Numbered from the stretch's first letter, positions 25,953-38,486 are shown. The stretch: DNA of 64,000 nt from Azolla caroliniana (GCA_043228905.1 JBHGNT010000001.1:5518001-5582000), one strand, 5' to 3'. Numbers and translations: made by a program. The notes: generated from the sequence alone by a model not told the origin.

Positions 25953-28132
25953 TCATCTACTGTTATTAATTGTTGGATGTAAAAAGGATAATGAAGTACC
26001 TCGTTGTTGGCGACGAATATCATCAACACTTTGACGAATGGTATTACTGATGTTGCCAAGGGGTAAGATGGAGAAAGGTTCCTCGATGAGGACACCCACC
26101 TAGATTCAATATTAGTGGGTTGCCTTAAGTGTTTAGTCGAATGAATTCAATATAATTAAACATTAATATGCTAATTGCCACTTAATTTTGATGAAATGAT
26201 CAACTACATAACACATATATTAGACAAACCTCAACAAATCTTTTACCTCTTCAATGCAAAAGAAGATCGTTGCGCTGAGGAAGGTGGCAGGAATTGTGAC
26301 CCAGGTACACTGCTCCCAGAGCACGAGGGGGAGGAGGAGGTGCCAGATCACGAGGATCCTTGACGTAAGCCGTGTGTACGACACGGGAATCGGCGTGCTG
26401 AATATGCGCTCGCAAACGCCCACATTGTCATGTAAGCTGGTCACATTCGCATCCTTAATCGGAACATAAGATAGAGATCAAGAAGCAATACGTGTGAAGT
26501 AGACAAAGATCACAGGGCAACAACATCTATATGGGGATCTCGTGGGTGAAGTACCAGTAAAGCTTTCTGCATATCCGTGAGATGAGAGTTGTGGATGAAC
26601 TGTGTGATGACCTGCAGGATGTAGTTGGGTCGATGTGGCGAGCTCATGATCGCATTCAGATCATCCTCATGATCATCTCCTTCATCATCTTTGAGCATGA
26701 TCTCTCTCAATTCCTTCCATAGATCGTCTTCGTGGGTGAGATGATCTTTGAGACAGTAGGGGAAGCTAACCTGCAATAATTGTTAATACCGAGTACTCAT
26801 TTTGTACTATAATCCTGAAACCATCCAATCCATTCCATTCTAATTTTATTACAACTAGATTTCTTACTTGGGCTAAATTTACATGAGTATATGTGATATT
26901 CATCAATAATTTACATGATTATATGTGATGAAGACTGTATGATCATATCAGTAGTGACATACGAGATATCGGAGAAGGTAGCGAAGTTTGGCAGCATCAG
27001 TTGGGTGCTGGAAAAAGATGACCGACTGCCTGGCCATATCTCGGGCACGGTTTACAATGCTGGCCCAGGCCTTACGGGCCTCGTCAAAACGGCCGTAAGA
27101 GGCATTTGTTCGGAACACAAGCAGTAGAGCAACGGCCGGAGCAGCCAACTGGAAGGGCAGGGATGGCACACGCAACAGGTACTGCGAAGCCGCGGAGACG
27201 GCCCACATGTTGTAGAGGACAAGAAGGGACGCCATGAGCGTGAGCTTGAAAACTGGAGGGAGGAGGCCGGCCGCCACACGTGAGCTTGCAATGGCTGCCA
27301 TGTGCCGACTGTGCCTCGTGTTGCTACGGTGCCGCTTCCAGTCGCAGTGGTCATACACTGTCTTCCTATACACCATGTCGTCTTCATTCCACTGTTGCAC
27401 CTTCCACGAATGATTGTTATTATTTATATAACTACTAGAAGTATTATTAGAACAACACCAGGACAACGAAGGAGATGGCTTGTGTCGCACCCAGTTATTG
27501 GAGGCAGCTGTATTATAAGTGCTGCTTTCCTGTGCATAGGCCCTTGTCCTTTTTGTTGTGGACTTGGATGATGACATCAACACTGGACTGCTGTCCCTCG
27601 CCATTATATTGGACGGTGGACACATCGATCTCGCCACCACTGGATTCTTCACAATGGAGGTGGAGGTCCTGCCATACCGGTTGATTAATGGCACCACAGC
27701 TTGGGCCAAACTAATCATTGTAGCAACACTCACCATGCCATTGGGCAGGCTTGAGAATCTATCAACCTTGCTTGGGGGCAGATATGGACGATAAGAGGCG
27801 TGGAATTTGGTGGCTTGATCTTGATGGTTCACCGCCCCTACTGTAGTCACCATCACCGAACCAATTCCAACCAAGCAGGAGGTATGATGTAGCGATGCCA
27901 GAAAATTAAGGTTGGAGGAGGAGGACCTCCTGATGGGACTGGGGCTGTCTCTGCGGCAAGCCGCTCTTGCAGGCTGCAAGAGGTTGTTGAATCGGCGTAG
28001 GCGTGCAGTGGCCGTGGCAATGGCCTTCCTGGCAACAATGGGGGTGGCTGTGGACGAATACACAAAGCCTAGTTTGTGATTCAAAGAGAAGCAGCTCGCC
28101 GCTCCCGCTGTGTAATTTGCAATCGCCAGCAT
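25953..28132 (-). CDS. VCCN: Bestrophin-like (UPF0187) thylakoid voltage-dependent chloride channel homolog, 4 exons, up to ~579 aa
   Basis: Phase-0 GT-AG exons 26963-28132, 26555-26770, 26247-26453 and 25953-26099. Motifs: RKTVYDH..W.RHRS..RH, LLLVFRTNASYGRFDEARKAW, HRPNY, GVCERI..TPIPVSYTRLTSR, CIEEVGVLIEEPF. The start codon and last-exon end are uncertain. Confidence 0.88.
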
Positions 28133-29395
28133 ATTCTTCTCTCCCTCTGTGTCTATCTGTTTCCCTGTGTCGTCTCCACCCCCACCCCTAACCCCCCCCC
28201 CCCCTCTCCTCCAGACAGTTCTGAAAAGAGAGAATGTGTAGAAAATTTGTGAAAATGGCGACGGTTGGTTTCCAAACGATGCGAGCGCGAGAATTTGTTG
28301 AGCCTTTCGCAGGAAAATCAGTTTGATGTGGTGCGTGCTTTCATACAAAACGAAACCAAAAACATTTAAAGCGGAGCATTTCCCACACTCCTATAACTCT
28401 ACTCTACTCTACTCTACCCTACTCCACACCCCCTTCCCCTGTCCACCACCCTTTCACATGTAGTATAGAACCAATACATATACATATATTGACCCATCAA
28501 CTCTCCATTCCCGCCCCGCCAAAGCATATTGATACAGAGTCTAGAGTCTAAACAACTCAAGCCACATTATCGTGAACTTACGGTTCCGTTTCTGCCCGAT
28601 TTCGTAATTTCACACATGAGATATACATTAGTCAAGAAAGATAGTAAATTGCAGATAATACTCTACGATATCGTTCCATCCTTGTTCCACTTTCTAATAC
28701 CAAGAAAAGAAAGTTTGGAAGCACATCCTCAATCTGACCCAAAAGTAAACCTAGTCATTAGAATTTTGATACCAAAATAACACTTCTTCGCCTTCCTTAC
28801 CAAAATGGGGACTCTCCATTAAGTGTTTTACTATTTTCAAAGTAGTTCAATGTTCAATGTAGAGTTTCTCTTAATAGCAATTGGAGCATTCCCAAGCACA
28901 AGGAGACTTAAGAACAGTTGGCACAATGCCTATATAGTAAGACTTCTCTTCTTAAATTTTGGCACACTTACTCATGTAAGCTTCTAATCTAAGAGCGACT
29001 GACAAAACTTTTAATGAAAAATAATGATCACATGGAGGACAAGAAACCCAAATGTTACCGCTAAATAATGAATACAAATATGGATGGCAGTTCTGCATTA
29101 TAATATTGTTGGAAGAGCTTTCTGTCTCGTAACCTATTCTCCATCACCATCAACCTTAATTTTCTTCAGGGGGTTACCAAGTCTTGACCAAATCAAGCTC
29201 CCCAACCGCTTATACAATGGGTTATAATCTCTTTCAGCTGTTGATCGTCCAATGAGAGATTGGAACTCATCCTCAGATTGATCAGTACGTATTTCATTAT
29301 CATCCTCATCTTTAGTACTCCCTTCCTCAGATATTAGTGTGGATGTAGGCCATAGCTCATCATCAGGTGATGTGGCCTTACTAACAACCTCAACA

Positions 29396-32300
29396 TCACC
29401 AGAACTGGCATAGTCCGTGCCAATAACTCCATCCTGATTACCAGAAAGAAAAAGCTGTCTAAGAAATATGACGTGTTTTGACTGCAATGCAACTTCGTGA
29501 GAAAAGATTAAAACCTCATACTTGAATCGTTGCAAACTTTGTTGATCGCTTCAGGTACTGACCTCCCGCAGCTCCGATATTATTGCCCCTTGTGATCGCA
29601 GAGGAGTAATGGCGCTGTGGAACAGCTCTGCAGATTTATGGGACAAAATAGAGACTAATATGAAAGTTCACTACACGGATGACACCAAAATGATATGGAT
29701 AATTCTCCAAGACCCGATTTTATTATAGTGCGAAAATCAAATCTTTTACCTGTATTGCCAACTGTAGACTACTCTAGGAGAATCGGAAAAGGCTCTGGTA
29801 TGTATTTGACAACCATAGCAGAGAAATGCTGGTGATTCCTTGAGAATAACGCCTCCCTTTGGCCATTTGATAGTATAAACTTCTGGATCTGATCTTGGAG
29901 AGTTCTCCCTGTGTTGATGGTGATGATGAACATCATTAAGAGACCAGTAGGAGAGAGATTGCACAGCAACTGCACACTGGTCACGATTCACGAGGCCAAA
30001 GATGACATGCCAACAATTCTCTTCTGGTCCCGTTGTATGTAACCCTGGGCATAACATCGCCTTCATTGTCATCTCTAAATGAAGATTTCGGTTCTTTACA
30101 GTTCTGAAAATGTAGCATTGTTTATAAGCAGAGTTAGATTCTAATTTCTAAGTATATTGTATTGATTATGCATGTAGTACTACTCTGTTGTCGAAGTGAA
30201 GATTGTCATGAGTAAAATGAAGCAACGAAACAAAGGGAAACCTGTTTTTTTTCTCAGCCTTTTCATATTGGTGTTCGCAAGTGATGTCAGTAGGGCTTGG
30301 CATATCGAAGATATTTGAGACCATATTATGATCACCTGTTGAATAGTGTCCACTGATGGCATGATCTTCCTAATCAATGTTGACACATCCATTGATGAGG
30401 GATAAATTATGGCATTAGATTAGTAACTGAAAATTACCAGAGTACAAATTTGTTAGATCAGCTTCATTTTCCTCTGCAAGATTGTCACGAATGGGAAGAG
30501 ACTCCATATTTTCCTGCATAATAATCAGCGGCAACTCTCCAATGAAGTCACATGAAATTATGTGCACTCAACTTGGCAAAATACTGATATCTCGCTATGT
30601 TATTAAACACTCATTAAAAAACTTGCTTATATATTGCAACTTTCAGATTCCAGATGTCTTTATCTGATCAAACAGATGCTAATAATATGCTCTTCTGGCT
30701 TAATTGTCTTCTGCACCAGATGTATCCCGTTGATGCACTGATATTGACTTAACGTATTCAAATTACCATTTCCATAAAACAAATGCTTTCCGTGAGTAAA
30801 TATCAAGATGGTTGAACGCGCTTGTTTCGATACTATATTCTTATGATGTTTATGCCAGCAAACAGAAGCTTAAATGACGCTCTTGTTTTTAAACAGTACT
30901 GCTAAATTCTTGTAATAAGTTCCCGAAGCAATATAATTACTTTGCAAATTTCCTTACCTTGTGCTATTCAAAAAAGAGGTCCTCGTATCAGAAGCTTACG
31001 CGTAAGATCTTGTTTTGATAGAATACTCTTAAATTCTTCTGATACACTCTCAAATCACTACAACATTATTTGCGAAACGCTGAGGTCTTGATGATTAGAT
31101 TTCAAACTCAGGTTGCAAATTGCAATTTCACTAACATAAGATTTTTAAAATATATTTTTGACCAAATGGAAGCTTACTCTACACTCTTCCTGGTCAATGT
31201 TAACTGATCCGATGAAAGAACAAAAACGCTTCTGAAAAGCTGCTTCGAGTTGAGAAAACTGGATAGGTTTAATGCTTCTTGTCCATTTTTCAATGGAATT
31301 GATATGCTTTGTCGTTGAACCCCTAAACATATTTTAGGCACAAAATTTTACCTTCTAACTTGTCAAATTCTTGATCTACTAATTAAATCGTTCAGAAAAG
31401 GAGAAGTAAATGAATATGATTAATTATAATATAGTACCGTGCTCGTTCAAGATATTGAGTTATCAAGGAATCAGCCTCTTTTTCGAGATCTGTTGAAATA
31501 TATTTAAAAAAAACACGACTAGATAACGATAAAGATGTAAGCAAGAATCCATTAATCTGAAGAGGGACTTTGTCTTTTTTATTACCATAAAGTTCTGCTG
31601 GACAATTTATACTAGTTATGAGAACAACACGTTTGCAGAAAGAGCGCCTGAACTTGATTAATGATTTCGCATCTGATTCAAATATGGCCGCGGCACGATC
31701 CACTAAAGCTTTAAGATTTCGATATGTTGATCTGACATTAGTATCAGGTTGTTTCTGATCATCTTTTTCTGATTTGAGCGATGAAAGCAGACGCTTGTAA
31801 AGAACTTCAAGCTTTCCATAATCGGACAAAACCCTATCAAATTTAACCAGTCTATTTTGCTTTTTACAACAACTTTATTAGCCATAAGACTACACGCTAC
31901 AATAAAACATATATTGATTTGCTTCAAATCCATATTGGTTTTCTGTGTCAGAAAAACATATTATTACAAGTTTACAACAATTCATACTAAATACATGACA
32001 TTAACCAGAAAAACTAGATTGATATTTAAGAATGAACTGAACAGATGATCCAAATTCATATAAACGTGTACTAAAGTAAGAGCTAAACCAAATTATTTGG
32101 TTCAGATTCACATAAACATAATCTACTTTTCGGTGTCCCCAAAACCACATTACTACATCCATTTTTCAAGGTAATTACATCAAGATTAACCAGCAGACCA
32201 AAATCTAGAAAAATTAATCTGGTTTATGATCAACGTTTCTGTTACAAAAGCAGCATGTTTGCAGTTCAAAAAAGATTCAAGATTAATCGCGATTCTAAAA

Positions 32301-32692
32301 GATAAAAATTAAACATCTCGGATGAAAAGTGAAGTTTCGGCAACAAAAATCATGGTATTGCAGAATGAATATTAACCGTGTTATTTCAAATACAACATTT
32401 CAAGATACATGATTGTGGTAAGCTAATATCAAAATTATGAAGAAAATTTTAAGTTATGAACAACTTCGTCATCTCTTACTTTTCTGTGCAACGAGGGAAT
32501 GGATTTCTACATGGAGGCAACCACACGAGCTCCTGCACACTGCAAACTTCTGATTGCTCGCAGTGAGATAAGAGGACACTATAATTATAGAAAATTAGAT
32601 GGCCTATCAGAGTAAATAGAATTTCTGCGCATATCCATTCCAGCTTACAAGGAGAATTCCTGCGCGATTAAGGTTTCGACCTTCTTCGCCAT
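29396..32692 (-). CDS. Uncharacterised multi-exon gene (~423 aa model), possibly decaying; possible ApaG-like C-terminal remnant
   Basis: Phase-consistent GT-AG chain: 32649-32692, 32480-32539, 31438-31833, 31178-31322, 30438-30513, 30242-30335, 29750-30103, 29563-29627, 29396-29433. An alternative last-exon frame runs open to 29134. No family is recognised with confidence. Confidence 0.55.
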
Positions 32693-32755
32693 GGCCGAAG
32701 CTTGAGATGACACATGGGAGATCGTAGGTTCACCAAAAAAACAAGAACGAAAAGA

Positions 32756-33712
32756 AAAAAGGCGCGGAAATATTTGCTCAAGTTTTGAGTTGAAGCCCGG
32801 CCCCCAAATCCCTTTCCACACACAACCTACCTCATGTTTTGGACAGACCCTCATATACATACATACGTACGTATGTATGTACGTACATAGATATATGTAC
32901 ATACAATGATACATACATACATGTGCTTTCCGATTGATCGGATTTAGGACATGTCCGACATACAGCCTACATCTTCATGTTTTGGAGGCGCTCATATGCA
33001 TACATACATACACATACATGTGTTTTCCGATCAATCAGATTAAGGACATGTCCAACACCCATGCCCTCAGCGTTTAACCTGGCTGACACTTATAGCTCAC
33101 TCGATGATATGCTGAACTGTGACTTGCATTCCCTATCACACTCTTATCCATCCTAGTGTAGTCGTTGGACGAAAACTATTTCAAACAAATCGAGCTTATT
33201 GAGTACGAGTCAACTAGACTAGACCAACCTGGTCTCATCATGCATAACAAAACCATATCAGCCCAATCAACTCCGTGCTTGATTGTCCACAAAAATATCC
33301 TCACTTTGTGAATTATCATGTTCTCTCAACCTTAAATATTTGTTTCACATTTTCCCAAAAAATGCGCGTAAATATTTGCTCAGGTTTTGAGCTGAAGCAC
33401 GGCCCCTAAATCCCTTTTCACACAACCTACCACCTCATGTTTGGACGGACAGTCATATACATACATACATGTGCTTTCCAATCAATCAAATTTAGGACAT
33501 GTCTAACGCCCATGCCCTCAAGATTTAACTCACAAAGTACAAGTCAATTAGACTAGACTGATTCTCGTCATGCGTAACAAAATCAAATCAGACCACAACG
33601 TTGTGAGTAAAAGTAAGCCCAATAGACTCCATGCTTGATTGTCCACGAAAATACCCTCACTTTAAGAATTATCATGTTCTTTTAACCTTTTATGTTTGTT
33701 TTACATTCTCAC
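32756..33712. repeat. Tandem duplication (~600 bp unit plus a deleted second copy) of the region directly upstream of the unknown gene
   Basis: gcgcg(g/t)aaatatttgctca.gttttgag.tgaagc.cggccc starts at ~32762 and ~33364. The downstream blocks (taggacatgtc, actagact, cttgattgtccac, aattatcatgttct) are also paired. Confidence 0.85.
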
Positions 33713-34734
33713 CAAGGGAATCCAATAACAATGCATTGTCGATAAAGTAGCTATTACTCTTGGTTGAAGCGATTTTAATAGAGTGGAAAACATTTAGAAT
33801 GTCATAGTTCTAAAACCTAATATATTGTGGCTTTGAAAATAGAGATCAACATTGAAGGTGTGAAGTTGAAAACCAAATGAGTGACATTGAAGTCATGAAT
33901 CAATTCTTAAGTGCTTTATCACACAATGTCAAGCAAAAAAACTAACCAATCACTTATGCAGTAAGAGTGAGTTGCCCAACATGTCACAATTAAAATACAT
34001 ATAGAAATGCCCACATTTACACAAACAATGGACATTTCAGACATCACCAACATTGTTGGAAGACATCATGTTAGCACTTTCGGACATCAAGTGAACAGAT
34101 CATGCAAAGAGGAATCCATCTTTAGTTACCTTTCTCTCCCAACATCCTATTCCCTAAACTGGATGCTAGATTGGTTGAATTATATATGTATTACCATCCT
34201 ACATAGGAACCTAAAATCAAGACTATAGGGGTAGTCAATGATGAACGAAGGTTCAAAATATGAAGTTTGTCATCTCAAAAATTGCCCAAATATCAATGTC
34301 AATCCTAAGAATGATGGTAAAGATTGTAGACAAGGATCTGTTGGTCCATCTAAACATACAGCCTTAGAATGGTATACTCATAGAGATGATTATCCAAATG
34401 CCTGGGATACAATGTCCAACTTAGCATCTAGGATGTGTGACCTCCGAAGAAGTGAAGATTTCATCATACAATTCAATTAGGTACATAATATGGTCTTAAA
34501 TTGGAGCAGGGTCAAACCGCTTACGCACACCACCATCCTCCCCCTAATTACACCACTAATGAGTACGCAAAAAATATTTTACAGTGAATTTGTGCTCACT
34601 CTCATTAAATCTCCAGGCTTAAACAATCACAAAAGAAACCATTGTTGCATGCCATGCTTTCTCAATCAAAATAGTCCAACTGTTTTCTCATGATGTAAAC
34701 TAACGCCATGCCAAATATTTTAGAAATTCCATCC

Positions 34735-35037
34735 TTACACACTATACAACAACCTAGATTATATGTATTCCTTAGGAGGGAATTGTCTTCAACAGAGCAG
34801 CTTCATCGTTATCAAATATCAGCAGACTCAAACAAGAATCACCAGAACTTCAGGAACGAAAAGAGCCACAATTAAATTTCACATTACACACTTACTATAC
34901 AACAACCTAGATTATATGTATTCTATGGAAGGGAATTGCCTTGAACAGTGCAGCTTCATTGTTATCAAATATCAGGAGATTCGTGCTTAGAATCACCAGA
35001 ACTTCAGCAAAGAAAAGAGCCACAATTAAATTTCACA
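34735..35037. repeat. Tandem duplication, 2 x ~150 bp
   Basis: actatacaacaacctagattatatgtattc...agaatcaccagaacttcag...aaaagagccacaattaaatttcaca occurs twice. Confidence 0.9.
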
Positions 35038-35367
35038 ATTAAACACATGATTCAAATCAAAAGTGATATACATTACACATGGATCAATATTACACCTGTC
35101 TTAACAGAAATTGATTCATTCATATGATTCAATAAGTCATCATTCAACATAGTCCACGAATCAGCAAACTCTTTACCACAAACCTTTGATGCATCATATT
35201 TATGGTTCATGAAATCAACAGTAGAGTGGAATTCTAGAGTAGGACAAAACGAGACAATCTTTCATTGCAATTATTAACATGCATAACAAAAGTAGGCTAG
35301 GCAATACGTTTCTTACTACTGTTCATACATATCAACAGCATGGAGAACCAACCCTCATTTCTTCTTA

Positions 35368-36741
35368 TCAACTGAGATTTCGTTTTGATTCGAACTTGAA
35401 AGAAATACCATTTGCCTCGAGTCGTTGTTGGAGATCAGTGGTACCAAACACAACAGCTGGTGTATATACACCACCTCTTGGAAGATCTCTACGCTGATCC
35501 AGCATGACAGAGGCACATTGGACCAGACATATCGGAGTAGTAATGTACCCAATCTCAGGGCCTGATACCGAAGTGATGACTTCCATGTCCGGCTCAGGAT
35601 GATGCGCAGGCATACTTGCAATGGCTGGGTCGCTATAGCCTCTCCCAATGAACCAAAGTTTGAATTTAGCTGCCTCTACTTGGTTATCAGTTGGGCCACC
35701 TCTTTGAAAAATGCCAAAAGAGAAGAAACCTGGGAAACGTAAAAGCAACCTCCGGCCGAATGCAAACATACCAAGAGAAAGAATAGATATGCCCAACCAG
35801 ACCTGAGCCAAGACATGGAGAATGTTGGGCACTGCTGAGTAGACTCCAAAATGCACAGGTCTAAACACTTCCTTTCTTGCAGCATCCATAGACAAAAGGC
35901 CCTTATCCTCCTCAGCAATAGAGGGAGGTCCACCTGCGGCTATGGTAGACATGGTTCGGCGGACGACAGCGGAATCTGCACTTGGCAAGATGACAGCCCA
36001 CATGTTAAGGGCCTTGTTCCACGACAAAAAAGATGGTTTGGTAACAGCAGGCCCAGGGACCGTAACTCGAGCTCGGGTGCTCCTGGTCCTGGCTCGAAGC
36101 TTGCGAAGCTCCTTAGCACTCGAGACACCAAGGACAGCTGACTCCCACGTGCCCAAGTTTCCGACAACCTTCTCCGTGGAGGTGATGTGAATGAAACAAT
36201 TTACGGAATTCGGCAACGATGTGGCCGCAGTCCATTGGCCGAGGTGGTGGAGCAGGCCTATCTCGGCCGGGATGGAATCATATCCACAAGCAGAGACAAC
36301 TAGGACCCCTTTCTCTTTAGCTGCCTCATGATAAGAGACCTCCATTCTTTCCATGAACTCGGGCTCCCCGGTAATATCAAGATAGTCAGAGCCCGCATCC
36401 ACACATGCGGACACCACGGGCTCGCCATAGAGACGGAAGGGGCCCACACAATTGAGTACGAGCCGAGTCCGCCGACACATGGCAGCTAGACTGGCCGGAT
36501 TTGACACATCAGCTTCGATGAGGGGTAGGGACTGTGGAGGCTGGATGGAGGAGGAGGTTTCCACTGCCCATTTGAGGAATTCTGCCAATTTAGACCGGTT
36601 CCGCCCAGCCAGGGCAACACGACTGCCTCCGAAGCCGGCCCTCAACAGCTCCCTCACTACGTACTTCCCTGTGAAACCCGACGCACCGAACACAACTATA
36701 TCCAGCTTCGCAGAATCCGCCGCCGTCGCAGAGCCCTCCAT
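35368..36741 (-). CDS. SCCPDH: Saccharopine dehydrogenase-like oxidoreductase (SCCPDH family), intronless, 457 aa
   Basis: Rossmann motif DIVVFGASGFTG, plus ALAGRN, LNCVGPFRLYGEPVV, YLDITGEP, SACGYDSIPAE, GTWESA, SGPEIGY and GGVYTP. Confidence 0.92.
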   Translation of the reverse strand: MEGSATAADSAKLDIVVFGASGFTGKYVVRELLRAGFGGSRVALAGRNRSKLAEFLKWAVETSSSIQPPQSLPLIEADVSNPASLAAMCRRTRLVLNCVGPFRLYGEPVVSACVDAGSDYLDITGEPEFMERMEVSYHEAAKEKGVLVVSACGYDSIPAEIGLLHHLGQWTAATSLPNSVNCFIHITSTEKVVGNLGTWESAVLGVSSAKELRKLRARTRSTRARVTVPGPAVTKPSFLSWNKALNMWAVILPSADSAVVRRTMSTIAAGGPPSIAEEDKGLLSMDAARKEVFRPVHFGVYSAVPNILHVLAQVWLGISILSLGMFAFGRRLLLRFPGFFSFGIFQRGGPTDNQVEAAKFKLWFIGRGYSDPAIASMPAHHPEPDMEVITSVSGPEIGYITTPICLVQCASVMLDQRRDLPRGGVYTPAVVFGTTDLQQRLEANGISFKFESKRNLS

Positions 36742-36939
36742 AGTCTGTCTGGAGCTACGCTTCTGATTTCTTGTTTTTACTTGTACTTTCCTGTATTATA
36801 TGTACAGACAGCAGAGAGATAGAGAGAGCTGCGGAGTTTATGCCACATAACTTGATAGAGATCCCTTCTTGAAGATTCCTATACACCGCCTGCACGTTCA
36901 ATAAACGCTTCAATGGGGTTCTACCATCAATCAATCGAA

Positions 36940-37325
36940 TTAGCGCAGACAAGAACAATATATGTATGAGAGAGTGAGTGTTTAGCGCAGACAAGAACAA
37001 TATATGTATGAGAGAGTGAGTGTTAGGAAGGGGTTGGATATAGGCGAGATCCACCGCCATCCCACTATTATCACTTCATTTCGGTCAGCCCCATGCCAAA
37101 GGTATGACACCGCTCATAACTAATACAATACCCACATATACCATCATTGACCCATGTCCAACAACACTACAAGGTTGTGCCCATTATAATATACATCCTA
37201 CTACCTAGGCATACATACATAAATGCACGTATATGTATTTATATATGTACAACAACACTACAAGGATGAGCCCAATATAATATACATCCTAGGCATACAT
37301 ACATAAATGCACGCATATGAATTTG
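36940..37325. repeat. Two short tandem duplications upstream of SCCPDH (2 x 42 bp; 2 x ~92 bp)
   Basis: ttagcgcagacaagaacaatatatgtatgagagagtgagtgt occurs twice (36940-37023). caacaacactacaagg..cccatataatatacatccta..ggcatacatacataaatgcacg occurs twice (~37158-37325). Confidence 0.85.
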
Positions 37326-38405
37326 TATATTTAAAAATATAATCTTTAAGTTCACAGCTATTGCAGGTAGACTGAATTAATGTAGGTCTTCCAGTCATGC
37401 GATGTTGATCACTCTAGCAAGGCCCCAAAACATTGAATTGATGTAGGTCTTCGAGTCATGACGTGGTACGTTCGTTCTACTGGGGATATAAACCAAAACT
37501 ACAAGGGGAACGACTTACAAGGCCTACAATAAAACACTTACTATTGCCGAGTTCACGTACTCCTCCACTGCTACGAGGATTTTGCCAACCACTTAATATT
37601 CAGGGCAATACACTTATTGGACCCAAAATGAGAGTTCCTGTTTCTTCTCCGTTTAATTAGTGTGAATTGAAGAAACTGTGATTTGTATAGATACAATTCA
37701 TTTAAGTTGACAGTACATGATGTCTCTTCTTCATTTAGTTGCACCTACGGGTTCCAAACCCGGAACTGTGGGTAAAAGCGAAGGTGAAATTGCGTGTTTT
37801 CCTGAGTGAATGTTGCTTAAATTAGCCACCGCTGCAATTTGGAAAATGCTAATTATATTTATCGAATTTTGTTCACAATTTGTAAGACCTTGCCGTCGGG
37901 TTCCTTTATTAAACAAGATATCCTTAATTGAGTGTGTGGTTGGTTACGATAAACTATCGCCGGGATTTGTATCAACCTATGCCACAGATATAAGCCAAAA
38001 TATGATGCAGTTTACTACCATGATTAAAAGTTAAAACTATAGAGATCGGCGGCGTAAGCCATAAAACAATGAACCATTTCCATCGAGTCCAGCAACTAAG
38101 GACCGCAAACAGAGTAGAACTTACTTTTGGAGGTGTAAGATATAAAAAAGAAATGGGGTAACAGTCAGACGCGGATAAAAAGTTTTAGCTAACATATGCT
38201 GCTCTCCAGTCTCCGCACTAATCCAAATCGGACCAAACTGAGTTCATCGTAGATTCTCGGACAGCCACCACATCTATACAATATATCTCAACTCTCTAGA
38301 AACGATGTTGATACTACCTAAGTGGTCGACCAACAGGAAGTAAAGATCGAGCAGATGCACAGCAATTGAAAAGCAATGCACGTGTTGCTTAAATCAGCTT
38401 GCCGG

Positions 38406-38486
38406 GCCCCTCAGCGATAACAAATATGGAAGACTTCATAGTTTAAAGAGTCAGATAGAGCTAATATCATGATACATCATAGGGGC
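38406..38486 (-). ncRNA. Box C/D snoRNA, U44/snoR18-like (guide for 18S rRNA 2'-O-methyl-A in UAGAGCUAAUA)
   Basis: Minus strand reads GCCCC-T-ATGATGT (C box)..TATTAGCTCTA-T-CTGA (D')..ATGAAG..CTGA (D)-GGGGC. It has a perfect 5-bp terminal stem and an 11-nt guide complementary to the conserved 18S sequence UAGAGCUAAUA. Confidence 0.8.
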
